Below are positions 19,255 to 29,037 of a DNA stretch of 64,000 nucleotides, piece after piece. The DNA comes from an uncultured Chloroflexia bacterium (GTDB lineage: Bacteria > Chloroflexota > Limnocylindria > Limnocylindrales > CSP1-4). The number at the start of each line of letters is the position of its first letter. The first letter of the stretch is position 1. The position numbers and the translations under genes are program-made. The stretch covers positions 1 to 64,000 of the forward strand of contig CAVVNQ010000021.1 in NCBI GenBank assembly GCA_963749705.1, in the 5' to 3' direction. The notes under the pieces are model-generated. The model saw only the letters and a program-made list of their open reading frames with translations, made no database searches and was not told the DNA's origin.

Positions 19255-20430
19255 ATGCAAGACACGATCCTCCCGACACGACGCGGCCACTCGGCCGCCA
19301 CCACGCCCGCGACCGGACATCGCCATCGGAGCGCGGGCCTGCCCAGACGGCTGATCGGTGCCCTCGCGGCGACATTGGTGATCGCCGCAGCCTGCGGGTC
19401 GAGCTCGGGCTCGCCCGCGGCGTCCCCCTCGGCCCCCGCGTCGACGGCGGGAACCACGCCCACCGGTCTCGTCGCCACGCCCGGCGCGACATCGTCGTCG
19501 GGCAACCTGCCGGGCGGGCCTGCCGGCGGCAACGGGCTTGCCCAGCTGCAGCAGGACTACGAGTCGGTCGTCCAGCGGGTCTCGCCATCCGTCGTGGTCA
19601 TCCAGACGCAGGCCGGGCTCGGCTCGGGGATCGTGCTCGACGCCAACGGTGACATCGTGACCAATGCCCACGTCGTCGACGGATCCTCCACATTCGACGT
19701 CACCCTCGCCGACGGCCGCCAGTTCAAGGGGACGCTGGTCGGCACGTTCGCGGCCAACGACATCGCCGTGCTCTCGATCCACGCGACCGGCCTCCAGCCG
19801 GCAACCTTCGCCGATTCGTCCACGCTCCAGGTCGGCGAGATCGTCATGGCGGTCGGCAATCCGCTGGGCCTCCAGACGAGCGTCACGCAGGGCATCATCA
19901 GCGCGCTCGGCCGCACCGTGACCGAGCCTGGTGGGGTCACCCTGCCCGGCACCATCCAGACCAGCGCTGCGATCAACCCGGGCAACAGCGGAGGTGCCCT
20001 GGTCGACATCAAGGGCGATGTCGTCGGGATCCCGACGCTCGCCGCCGTCGACCAGCAGCTCGGCGGTTCGGCGCCCGGAATCGGCTTCGCGATCCCGAGC
20101 AACGACGCCAAGGACTTCGCCGGCCAGCTGATCGCCTCGGGCAAGGTCACGAATTCGCATCGCGCCTATCTCGGGATCCGCGCCGCCAACATCACCGGGA
20201 CGCAGGGCGTCCTCGTGTACGGGATCGATCCCGGCGGGCCGGCCGCCAAGGCCGGGATCCAGCGAGGCGAGCTGATCACGAGCATCGACGGAAAGGCGAC
20301 ACCGGACAGCAACGCGCTGTCGATGGTGCTCGCGAGCCTCGAGCCGGGGAACACCGTGCCCGTGGTGGTGGTGACGTCGAACGGCAGCCAGACCACGGTC
20401 CAGGTCACGCTCGGCCAGATCCCAGGCTGA
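19255..20430 (+). CDS. HtrA/DegP-family trypsin-like serine protease with PDZ domain (lipoprotein)
   Basis: Lipobox AAAC; TNAHVV, DIAVL and INPGNSGGAL catalytic triad; C-terminal PDZ. Confidence 0.9.
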   Translation: MQDTILPTRRGHSAATTPATGHRHRSAGLPRRLIGALAATLVIAAACGSSSGSPAASPSAPASTAGTTPTGLVATPGATSSSGNLPGGPAGGNGLAQLQQDYESVVQRVSPSVVVIQTQAGLGSGIVLDANGDIVTNAHVVDGSSTFDVTLADGRQFKGTLVGTFAANDIAVLSIHATGLQPATFADSSTLQVGEIVMAVGNPLGLQTSVTQGIISALGRTVTEPGGVTLPGTIQTSAAINPGNSGGALVDIKGDVVGIPTLAAVDQQLGGSAPGIGFAIPSNDAKDFAGQLIASGKVTNSHRAYLGIRAANITGTQGVLVYGIDPGGPAAKAGIQRGELITSIDGKATPDSNALSMVLASLEPGNTVPVVVVTSNGSQTTVQVTLGQIPG

Positions 20431-20574
20431 GATTTCGGCGCCGCCGGTCCGGGTTCGGCGGCCGGCGCCGGCGCGGCGGCGCGGGGTTGAGCGCGGGTCA
20501 GGGGTTGGGCGCCCGTGCGGGGATCTGCGCCGGCGCGCCGCGTCCCCCGTGCGTGCCCGGTCGATCGCGATCGA

Positions 20575-20713
20575 TGTCATTCAGTCCCGAGGCGGCTGTT
20601 CGACACCGAGTCCCGGTCAGATAGTACCTACACGACCAGGTGACCCTCGAATCGGCCTCGCTCGCCTCGAAGCGTCGCCGAGCAATCGCCTGAGTACTGG
20701 ATGACACTTTCCC
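20575..20713 (-). ncRNA. Candidate structured ncRNA (long imperfect hairpin; strand tentative)
   Basis: TGTCATTCAGT…ACTGGATGACA closing stem with continued inner pairing; possible -10 CATCTT on the minus strand at 20721-20726. Confidence 0.4.
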
Positions 20714-20808
20714 GGGGTCGAAGATGGCGTCCGGGCCGGGCATCCGGCGGACGCGGGCGCCGCCGACCCGGCAGGCACCCGGCGTCGCGTCGCCATACCC
20801 TGTGAGGC

Positions 20809-21423
20809 ATGCCGCGCCGACGAACCTCCACATGGCCACGCCCGGCCAAGATCGCGTTCATCGGCTCGCACGGGATCCGCAAGACATCCGCGCTGCTGGC
20901 GTTCGCCGCCGAGGTCCAGCGAGCCGGCCGGTCGGTCGAGCTGGGCCGCGAGGTGGTCCGAGACAACCCGCTGGGGATCAACGAGGGCGCCACCGGCGAG
21001 GCCCAGCTGTGGGTCCTCGTGTCGCAGATCCGCCAGGAGCTGGAGCTCGCGCGCAAGGCGGACGTCCTCGCGACGGACCGCGGCGTGATGGACAACTACG
21101 CGTACTACCTCCGCGCCTGCGGGGGCGCCGACGAGTTCCACGTCGAGCCGCTGGTCCGGCGCTGGTCCGAGACCTATGACCTGGTCGTGCGCCTGCTGCC
21201 GGACGTCGCGCTCCAGGCCGACGGCGTGCGGTCCACCAGCGACGCATTCCGGGATGAGGTCGAGGGGATCCTGGACCGGGTGCTGCCGGCGCTCGTCCCG
21301 CCTGCCCACCTGGTGACGCTCCGGGCGTCCGAGGTCACCAGCCGGTTCGACTGGTTCGCGGTGCTCCAGCGGCTGGCCGGTGCCATCGGCGCCGAGGTCC
21401 GCCCGCCCGATCTCTGGACGTAG
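20809..21423 (+). CDS. AAA_28/NadR-like P-loop nucleotide kinase/ATPase
   Basis: KIAFIGSHGIRKTS P-loop; TDRGVMDNYAY; leaderless -10 TACCCT at 20796. Confidence 0.75.
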   Translation: MPRRRTSTWPRPAKIAFIGSHGIRKTSALLAFAAEVQRAGRSVELGREVVRDNPLGINEGATGEAQLWVLVSQIRQELELARKADVLATDRGVMDNYAYYLRACGGADEFHVEPLVRRWSETYDLVVRLLPDVALQADGVRSTSDAFRDEVEGILDRVLPALVPPAHLVTLRASEVTSRFDWFAVLQRLAGAIGAEVRPPDLWT

Positions 21424-21451
21424 GGCCGGCGGTTCGCGCGATCCCGCCGAG

Positions 21452-23215
21452 CTACCACGCCTCGGGCAACGGCTCGCGGGCACGAACGAGCAGCGACACC
21501 GCCGACAGCGTGGCCGCATCGGCCTCGAGGACCACCTTCAACTCGGCCCGTCCGCGCTCGCCGTGGAGCTCGAACGTGCTGGTCGTCCGGCCGTCACCGT
21601 CGATCGGGTCACCCAGGCGCAGCGCGCCCAGCCGCGGGCCGGCGGCACGCACCGCTCGCTCCATGGCCTCGCGATCCTGCCCCTCGGCAAGGGGAAGGTC
21701 GGCCGGCCAGCCAGCGTCCGGACCGCCCGCCATGCCGACGATCCGTTCAGCCAGCGATCGAAGCTCGGCCGACGGGTCGCCGACCGGCCGCAATGCGAGG
21801 CGCTGCAGGCGCGGGGTGGGCTCCGGGGTCACGAGGATCGACACGCGCAGCCAGCCGTGAGCCCCTCGCAGCCACCACGCCGCGTCGGCCGGTGACACCG
21901 AGACCACCGGTCGCGTTTCGTCGGGGCGGAACGGACCGAGCTCGTCGCGCAGCTTCGCAACCTCGGCCGTCCGCACCTCGCGGGGCTCGTCGAGGTCCAT
22001 GTTGTCGGCGAACGCCGCGTCCGCCAGCGCATCGTCCCAGGCGTCGATGAGCCGCTCCGCGATCGGGCGCAGCCGGTCGACCGCGGGCAGGGCCGTGATG
22101 CGGCGGCGGGGCGCCAGCTCCGCTCGAACGAGATTCGCGAGGACCTCCTGGACCACCGGCCTGACCGGCGCATACCGGAGGTTGCCGAGCCCGATGACGC
22201 CCAGCCCGGTCGCCAGATGCCAGGCCATGTTGGATCCGTACCCCGGGTAGCCGCCCGCGTGGCTGACCGTCGTGCCCAGCTCGGGATCCTGCGCCACGAA
22301 CAGCCCGAACCCGTAGCCGGTTGCGGTGAGGGACGGCTCGGCGTCCGGCGCGTGCGCGACGACCATCGGCCCGATGGCGCGATGCACCTGCTGCATCTCC
22401 CGTCGCGACGCGCGCCGCAGGGGGTGCGACCCCTCGGGATCGTCGCGCGCCGGAAACGCGTCGAGGAACTCGAGCACCCAGCGGGACAGGTCGCGCACCG
22501 TCGAGAACACGCCGCCCATCGAGGCCAGCGCGCCGTACCCGTCCGTGCCCTCCCGGACGTACCCGTCGCCTCGCCGGACGTAGCCGTGGGCGAGATCGGC
22601 CTCCGCGATGTCCGCGTCGAGGTACGCGGTCGAGGTCATCCCGAGCGGGACCAGCAGCCGGTCCCGGACGACCTCGCGATACTCGCGGCCGGCGACGTTG
22701 GTGATGACGCGGCCGAGGATCCCGTAGCCCAGGTTGCTGTACTCGAACGTCGTTCCCGGTGGCCACGCGAACGACGGCCCGGCAGCCAGCAGGTCCGCGA
22801 ACCGGGCGAGGTCGAGGCCCTGCTGGCGGTCGCCCCACGGATCGTCGGTCGGCAGGCCGCCCGACATCGTCATCAGCTGCCGAACCGTGACCGGAGGGCT
22901 GTCCCCGGTCGGCGGGCGCCAGCCGGCCAACTCCGGGACGTAGGTGGCAACGGGCGCGTCGAGGGCGATCCGTCCCTCGTCCCGCAGCAGGATGAGCGTC
23001 GACGCGGTGAAGCTCTTGGTCATCGACGCGATCCGGAACACGGAATCCGCGTCGGGGCGCCGATCCTCGCCGTCGCGGATGGTCCCCGCTCCACCGGTGT
23101 GGATCAGCTCGCCGCCGGCGACGACCCCCCAGGCCACGCCGGGGATGTGCACCTCGTCGCGGAGGCGGCGGAAACGGTCATCGAGCGCGGCAAGCGCGTG
23201 GTCGAGGTCTGGCAT
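21452..23215 (-). CDS. Serine hydrolase (beta-lactamase family) with C-terminal extension
   Basis: FRIASMTK (SxxK), FEYSNLG (YxN), HAGGYPG. Confidence 0.9.
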   Translation of the reverse strand: MPDLDHALAALDDRFRRLRDEVHIPGVAWGVVAGGELIHTGGAGTIRDGEDRRPDADSVFRIASMTKSFTASTLILLRDEGRIALDAPVATYVPELAGWRPPTGDSPPVTVRQLMTMSGGLPTDDPWGDRQQGLDLARFADLLAAGPSFAWPPGTTFEYSNLGYGILGRVITNVAGREYREVVRDRLLVPLGMTSTAYLDADIAEADLAHGYVRRGDGYVREGTDGYGALASMGGVFSTVRDLSRWVLEFLDAFPARDDPEGSHPLRRASRREMQQVHRAIGPMVVAHAPDAEPSLTATGYGFGLFVAQDPELGTTVSHAGGYPGYGSNMAWHLATGLGVIGLGNLRYAPVRPVVQEVLANLVRAELAPRRRITALPAVDRLRPIAERLIDAWDDALADAAFADNMDLDEPREVRTAEVAKLRDELGPFRPDETRPVVSVSPADAAWWLRGAHGWLRVSILVTPEPTPRLQRLALRPVGDPSAELRSLAERIVGMAGGPDAGWPADLPLAEGQDREAMERAVRAAGPRLGALRLGDPIDGDGRTTSTFELHGERGRAELKVVLEADAATLSAVSLLVRAREPLPEAW

Positions 23216-23318
23216 CCGACGATGATGCCGGGATTGAGCACGGATTGCCTGCCGGTCGACCCAGGGCGGTGCGACCGGGGTGCGACGCGACCGCCGGGTA
23301 TGCTGGTCCCGGATCTGC

Positions 23319-23867
23319 ATGGAATTCGACGTCCCAGCCCAGCCGCTCCGCCAGCGTGGATGGCGCCGCGCCGTGGCCGTGGCGGTCGGGTCGATCGCCA
23401 TCATCGGCTTCGCCCTGGTGATCGCGGGCAGCCCCGCGGCGCCGCCCGACGGCTCACCCACAGCGGTTGCGGCCGATGCCGCGCCGCAGGCAAGGTCGTT
23501 GCCGACCCAGGTTGCTCATGCGACGAGCACACCGGTCATCGCACCCGACCTCCCCGCGGCGGACGCCATCCGCTGCTCGGGCCTGGATCTGGTGACCTGC
23601 TCCCAGGTTGCCCGGGCGTCGATCGGCACGCTCACCATGGCCGATGGACCCGTGACCCAGGTCTCGGTCTCGGGCAGCCTGCTGTGCGATGACGCCGTCG
23701 CCTGCCCGGCCTCGAAGCTCGCCGCAAGCCGGCGGCTTGGCAGCGCCGTCGTCAAGCTGGGTTCCGGCGCCCAGGCGTGGGTCAACGTCGTCGGGCAAGC
23801 CCCCACCGCGGGCCGCGTCTGGGAGCCGGCCCGGACGACCGCGTGGATCGTCCGGTGGCTTCCCTGA
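23319..23867 (+). CDS. Hypothetical exported protein with four Cys
   Basis: Arg-rich N-terminus plus hydrophobic helix; coding-like ORF. Confidence 0.55.
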   Translation: MEFDVPAQPLRQRGWRRAVAVAVGSIAIIGFALVIAGSPAAPPDGSPTAVAADAAPQARSLPTQVAHATSTPVIAPDLPAADAIRCSGLDLVTCSQVARASIGTLTMADGPVTQVSVSGSLLCDDAVACPASKLAASRRLGSAVVKLGSGAQAWVNVVGQAPTAGRVWEPARTTAWIVRWLP

Positions 23868-23879
23868 CGACGCGTGTCG

Positions 23880-24293
23880 CTATGCGTCCGGCCTGGGGCT
23901 GCCGATGCGAATCACCTGGAGCGCGATGAGCTCCACGATGGTCCAGCCCACGAGGGCCACCACGGCGGCGATGTCGAGGATGGCGCCACTGGCGGACATC
24001 GCGTCCGTCTGAAGGATGCCTTCGAACGGAGCCACGAACACGCCGCTGATGGTCAGGATCGTGGTCACGATGTCGTTGCCCTGGCGCGCGTCGAACGCGA
24101 GCAGGACGATGCGCAGCGCGATCACGAGCTGGACGAGGCCGAACAGCAGGGTCACCAGCCGGGCGGCAACCGTGGTCCCGGCCGGTCGTGTGGTGACCCT
24201 CTCCTCGGTATCCACCCGGCGCAGCAATTCGCGGGTCGTCGACCCGGCTGCGTGGTCTTCCACGAGCGACGAGCGCCCGATCTGATAGCTCAT
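23880..24293 (-). CDS. YggT-like membrane protein
   Basis: LRIVLLAF…FVAPFEGI…LDIAAVVALV; AAGGAG RBS. Confidence 0.75.
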   Translation of the reverse strand: MSYQIGRSSLVEDHAAGSTTRELLRRVDTEERVTTRPAGTTVAARLVTLLFGLVQLVIALRIVLLAFDARQGNDIVTTILTISGVFVAPFEGILQTDAMSASGAILDIAAVVALVGWTIVELIALQVIRIGSPRPDA

Positions 24294-24786
24294 GTCATCT
24301 CCTTTGAGGGCGGTCGCGCCTGGGATCCGACCGGTGGTGGACCGGACATGTCGGATCCGTGCGCGGCGCCGGGCGGACAGGTGCGTCCGGGCACGCGGTG
24401 GATCAGGTGGATCTCGTCAGGCAGGCGTTCGTCGTGCGTCGCGCTCGGGCGCTTCGTCCGACCGGCCGCGTCGACCTGCGGGGTGACCGAACTGCGGGAT
24501 GTCAGCCCCGAGCGGGGAGCCGCGGGCGAACGTTCGTACTGGGGGTGCGCGTTCGGAGGCCGAAGAGGTCCACGGTGACGGCGCCCCGGCTCATGGGCGG
24601 GCCGTTGTGAGTGCGTCGCCGTGGCGGGCTGCAGTGGTGATGGCCAAGCTGCACCTCCTTCGTCGACCCATCCTGCGCGGCGATCTTCCGGGCGTCCATG
24701 CCGCGAGCGGCGACGGCCTTGCAAACCGCTTGCAGCGTTGACAGGGCCTGGCGACCGAGCTGCGGCCGGGCGACCGAGCTGCCGGC

Positions 24787-25725
24787 TCAGCCCGAGGGCC
24801 CGCGAACCGCCTCCACCAGCCGGTTGAAGTAGCTGCCCACGAGGGCGAACCGCCTCGGGTACTTCTCCAGCATGTGCGCTCGCAGCGCCGGACCGGTGAG
24901 GTACATCGCGATCGAGGTGGCGAGATCCTCCTCGAGCGTCCGCGGGTCGGGCGACGCCTCGTACGCCTTGTCCTTCTTGGCCTTCGCCTCCGGGGACCCG
25001 GTGGGGACCCATGAGGTCAGTGGCCCGGTGCTGATCGGGACGACGCTGACGTGGCCGAGGTATGCCGCGTCGCCGCCGCGATTGATCCAGCCGAATGCGA
25101 AGGCGGGAAGGCCTTCCAGCCTCGGCTCGGCGAGGATCGCCCGCAGCGTCTCCGGCGTCGCGATCGACTCGGGGTCGACGGACTTCGTGTTGTTCTCGAC
25201 GAAATGGAACAGCTCGTGGATGAGCGTTGCCTTGAACTCCTCCTCCGAGGTCGCCTCGCGCTGTCCCTGGCCGGGCGGCTCGACGACCATCGTCTCACCG
25301 TAGGTCGCGTCGGTGATCTCGATGTCTGGCTGGCCCGGCTCCGGCTCGTTGTGGGTCACGCCCTCCGTCGTGGTCGACACCGACCCGTTGTCGTTGACGA
25401 CCTCCCTGACGCGGGCGAGGACCGGCGTCGGCAGCTCTCCGTACGCCTGGAACATCAGCTGGATCCCAGGGTTCTGCCAGACCTCGCTGATCCATTCCTC
25501 CTCGTCGGGGCTGAAGTCCTCGGTGAGCGGGGGAAGCGCCGTGGCCGGCTCTCGCTGGGCGACGTCCCGGACGCGCTGGACGAGCAGGGACACCGCCCCG
25601 TTGCCGGCGGTCCGCTGCAGCTGCGCCAGGGTGTCGATGGGGTGCGCGACGGGCGCCGGACGACGGTCCGCCAGCGAGGGACGCGGATCCACCGCCGGAT
25701 CGCGCGGGCGCACGCGCTCCTGCAT
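24787..25725 (-). CDS. Hypothetical HExxH metallopeptidase-like protein
   Basis: TLIHELFHFVE, later EEDLA (third ligand); N-terminal LQRTAGNGAV motif. Confidence 0.7.
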   Translation of the reverse strand: MQERVRPRDPAVDPRPSLADRRPAPVAHPIDTLAQLQRTAGNGAVSLLVQRVRDVAQREPATALPPLTEDFSPDEEEWISEVWQNPGIQLMFQAYGELPTPVLARVREVVNDNGSVSTTTEGVTHNEPEPGQPDIEITDATYGETMVVEPPGQGQREATSEEEFKATLIHELFHFVENNTKSVDPESIATPETLRAILAEPRLEGLPAFAFGWINRGGDAAYLGHVSVVPISTGPLTSWVPTGSPEAKAKKDKAYEASPDPRTLEEDLATSIAMYLTGPALRAHMLEKYPRRFALVGSYFNRLVEAVRGPSG

Positions 25726-25832
25726 GCCGGTGAGGCTAGACGGGCACTCGAAGCCCGGTCAACCCCCGTCACCGGGTGCGGTCGGTCGCACCCGAGGCGG
25801 GCGAGGAAGGTCGCCCACTGCGGCCCCGAAGC

Positions 25833-27359
25833 TCAGTCCTCGCGTCCGGCCGTCACGAACGCTGCCAGGTCCGCCGACTGCCGGAGCCGCGACGGCTCGT
25901 GGACGTACATCATGTGGCCCGCCTCGAAGTACGAGAACGAGATGTTGGCACGCAGCTCGTCCGGGATCGGCAGGTGGGCGAACACCGCCTGGGCGGCGAA
26001 GTACGGCGTGGCGCCGTCGTAGTAGCCGCAGGCCACCTGGATCCTGAGGTGCGGGTTGGCGCGCATCGTCTCGCCCAGCCGGTCGACCACCGACACGCTC
26101 CGGCCCTCGAACTCCTTGTAGCTCCAGGCCTGGTTCGTCGCCGACGACAGGATCTCGTACGGGAGGTCGTTCTCGTAGCCCAGCTCCTCGCGGACGTACT
26201 GATTGACCGCCGCCGTGTATGAGCCCGCGATCGCGAGGTGCGAGGGATCGGCCGTGAAATGCTCGCGGCCGCCGTCGGGCTCCCAGCCCAGGAACCGCCC
26301 GTCAAGGCGGCCGACCGCGCGGCGCCGGTCGCGGAGCAGCTCGGTGAAGAACCGGATGTGCTCGATCCGCAGGTTGACGCGATCGACGTAGTCGGGGCTG
26401 AGACCGGTCAGCCGGGCGAGGGTGGCGACCGCGCCGTCGCGCTCGGCCTGCGTCATCCGGCTGCCGAGTGCGAGCAGCCGGGGGTAGTCCCCCGCGGCAT
26501 ATGCCTCCGCTTCCGCCAGCACCTCGGCCAGTGGCCGGTCGCCGTGCAGGCCGTGGTAGTGCGCGATGGCCGCATACGTCGGGAGGTACATCGCGTGCGG
26601 GACGTCGTTCTGCTCGGTGAAGAAGATGCTCGAGAGGTCCAGCACGCTCGAGATCAGCATGAGGCCGTTGAGGTACAGCCCGTGCCGCTGCTGGAGGTGG
26701 GCCGCCAGGCCGGCGGCGCGCAGCGTCCCGTAGGACTCGCCGGCGAGGTACTTGGGGGACAGCCATCGCCCGTTGCGCGAGGTCCACAGCCGGATGACCT
26801 CGCCCACCGACTCGATGTCGGCGGTGAAGCCGTGGTAGTCGGCCGGCTTCACGCCATCGACGGCCCGCGAGTAGCCCGTGGAGATCGGGTCGATGAACAC
26901 GATGTCGGAGTGGACGAGCAGGCTGTCCGGGTTGTCGACCAGCTCGTACGGGGGACCGACGGGCGCCCCAGCGTCCCCGGACACCACGCGCCGCGGCCCC
27001 AGCAGCCCCAGGTGGAGCCAGACGCTGGACGAGCCGGGTCCGCCGTTGAATGCGAATGTGACCGGTCGCTGCCGGGTGTCGGCCCGGTCCAGCGTGTACG
27101 CCGTCAGGAACACGCTCGCCCGCGGCTTGTAGCCCTGGACCTTGCCGTCCTCGACGACCTCCTCGCGGAGGACCATCCGTCCCGAGGTCGAGGTGTACCT
27201 GAGCCGCCGCCGTCCGACGGCGAGCGTGTGCTGGCGGGTGACGAGGTCGTCGGCCGGCTCGGGAGGCGGCACCGACGCCGCACCATCTGCGTTGCTCGTC
27301 GCGGATCCAGCGCCGGTCCCGGGCTCGGGCGACGAGGCGGGTGTGTCGGTGGTCGGCAT
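25833..27359 (-). CDS. Peptidase S10 serine carboxypeptidase
   Basis: FNGGPGSSS, GESYG, GYYDGATP, AGHMMY. Confidence 0.95.
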   Translation of the reverse strand: MPTTDTPASSPEPGTGAGSATSNADGAASVPPPEPADDLVTRQHTLAVGRRRLRYTSTSGRMVLREEVVEDGKVQGYKPRASVFLTAYTLDRADTRQRPVTFAFNGGPGSSSVWLHLGLLGPRRVVSGDAGAPVGPPYELVDNPDSLLVHSDIVFIDPISTGYSRAVDGVKPADYHGFTADIESVGEVIRLWTSRNGRWLSPKYLAGESYGTLRAAGLAAHLQQRHGLYLNGLMLISSVLDLSSIFFTEQNDVPHAMYLPTYAAIAHYHGLHGDRPLAEVLAEAEAYAAGDYPRLLALGSRMTQAERDGAVATLARLTGLSPDYVDRVNLRIEHIRFFTELLRDRRRAVGRLDGRFLGWEPDGGREHFTADPSHLAIAGSYTAAVNQYVREELGYENDLPYEILSSATNQAWSYKEFEGRSVSVVDRLGETMRANPHLRIQVACGYYDGATPYFAAQAVFAHLPIPDELRANISFSYFEAGHMMYVHEPSRLRQSADLAAFVTAGRED

Positions 27360-27492
27360 GGCTTGGTCGTCTCCATCGATTGGCGCCGGACGGACATTCG
27401 GATGTCAGCCAGAGGGTACCGGGCGCGTGAGAGGATGGTCGGGCGACGGAGGGGCACGCCCGCGATCCCGTATCCATCGGAGGCCCACAACC

Positions 27493-28410
27493 ATGCGTGA
27501 TCTCAAGCTCGGACTGGTGCTCCCGCTGTACGAGGACATCGAGACGGGACGCGGGCACCGCTGGGACGAGCTGCGCGCCATGGCGATGCTGGCCGAGGAC
27601 ATCGGCTTCGACACGGTGTGGATCCCGGACGAGCTCCTGTGGCGGATCGACGACTGGCCCGGGCCGCGCGGCTGGTGGGAGTGCATCGCGATCGCGGGCG
27701 CCGTCGCCGAGGCCACCGAACGGATCGAGGTCGGGACCTGGGTCGTGTCCGCGAACCACCGCAACCCCGGGATCACGGTCCGGGCGGTCGAGACGCTCGA
27801 TGAGATCTCGGATGGACGTTTCGTGTTCGGGTTGGGCGCCGGCAGTGGGGACTCGGAGGCCGAGGCCTTTGGCCTCCCTCTCGATCACGTCGTGGGGCGG
27901 TTCGAGGATGCGCTCGAGATCATCATGCCGCTGCTGCGGACGGGGCGCGCGGACCACGTGGGGCCGTATCACCACGCGAAGGACGTCGAATCGCGCCCCC
28001 GCGGGCCCCGGTCAGGAGCCGTCCCCTTGATGATCGGCGCCGGGGGTCCCAGGACGATCGCGCTGGCCGCGCGGCACGCCGACGTCTGGGGCTACTACGC
28101 GCGGGAGCGCAGCGAGCCCGCCGAGTTCGCCCCGCTGGTGCGGACCCTCGAGGCGGCGTGCGAAGCGATCGGGCGCGACCCTGCCACCATCGGCCGGTCA
28201 GCCGGGATCTTCGTCGAGCCGACGGACGCGACCGGTTCCGAGGCCGTCGGCTTCGGGGTCCCGGTTCGCGGGTCGCCGGACCAGGTCGCCGATGGGTTGC
28301 AGGCCTTCACCGCGGTCGGCGTGACGCAGCTCGAGCTGGTGCCCTGGCCAGCCACGATCGAGGCGGTCGAGGCGATGCGCCCGGTGGTCGAGCTGCTGGA
28401 TCGCGCCTGA
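27493..28410 (+). CDS. LLM-class flavin-dependent oxidoreductase
   Basis: AEDIGFDTVW, LDEISDGRFVFGLGAG, IGAGGPRTIALAARHADVW. Confidence 0.9.
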   Translation: MRDLKLGLVLPLYEDIETGRGHRWDELRAMAMLAEDIGFDTVWIPDELLWRIDDWPGPRGWWECIAIAGAVAEATERIEVGTWVVSANHRNPGITVRAVETLDEISDGRFVFGLGAGSGDSEAEAFGLPLDHVVGRFEDALEIIMPLLRTGRADHVGPYHHAKDVESRPRGPRSGAVPLMIGAGGPRTIALAARHADVWGYYARERSEPAEFAPLVRTLEAACEAIGRDPATIGRSAGIFVEPTDATGSEAVGFGVPVRGSPDQVADGLQAFTAVGVTQLELVPWPATIEAVEAMRPVVELLDRA

Positions 28411-28411
28411 G

Positions 28412-28460
28412 CCCCTGGCCCCGCTGGCCCCGCTGGACCCGCTGGACCCGCTGGACCCGC
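28412..28460. repeat. 9-bp tandem repeat (CCGCTGGMC) x5
   Basis: Visible between convergent stop codons. Confidence 0.85.
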
Positions 28461-28469
28461 CCACGATGT

Positions 28470-29036
28470 TCACGCTGCCGCGCCGTCACCAGCAGGATCC
28501 GGTTCCTCTCGACCTGCCGCCCGGAAGGCCGGACGATCGACGCGTTTCCGAGCCTCCAGGGCAAGGAGCAGGACGGCCGGCAGGACGACAAGGGCGATGA
28601 ACCCCCGCGGCCAGGCGAGCCAGGTCAGGAGCACGCCCAGACCCCGCAGGTGCCACAGGACGCGCCCCCGGACCATGCGCGCCGGGACCGGCGCCGCGTC
28701 GGCGCGCGTGTTGGCATCGCCCTGTGTCACGAACTGCAGGCTTGGGGTCTCGATGACCGACGCAACCCGGTGGGTGACGACTCGTCCCGGCTGAACCGGG
28801 TCCTCGAACACGAGCGCCATCCCCGGCTCGACATCACCCGCATCGATGGGGGCGACGACCAGCAGCGACCCGACCGGGTAGGTCGGCGACATGCTGCCGC
28901 TGAGCACGGCCTGGAGCTGGCCGCCCAGCAGCCAGACCGTGACCAGGAAGATCGAGAGGGGCAGCAGGACGGCGACGGCGCCTGCGGAGAGGGCGGGCAG
29001 GACCCACCCCAATCGCGGGCGCACGCGCGGCGCCAC
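28470..29036 (-). CDS. sipW: Signal peptidase I, SipW/ER-type
   Basis: VLSGSMSP (Ser), VVTHRV (His), TQGDAN…D. Confidence 0.9.
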   Translation of the reverse strand: MAPRVRPRLGWVLPALSAGAVAVLLPLSIFLVTVWLLGGQLQAVLSGSMSPTYPVGSLLVVAPIDAGDVEPGMALVFEDPVQPGRVVTHRVASVIETPSLQFVTQGDANTRADAAPVPARMVRGRVLWHLRGLGVLLTWLAWPRGFIALVVLPAVLLLALEARKRVDRPAFRAAGREEPDPAGDGAAA

Positions 29037-29037
29037 G

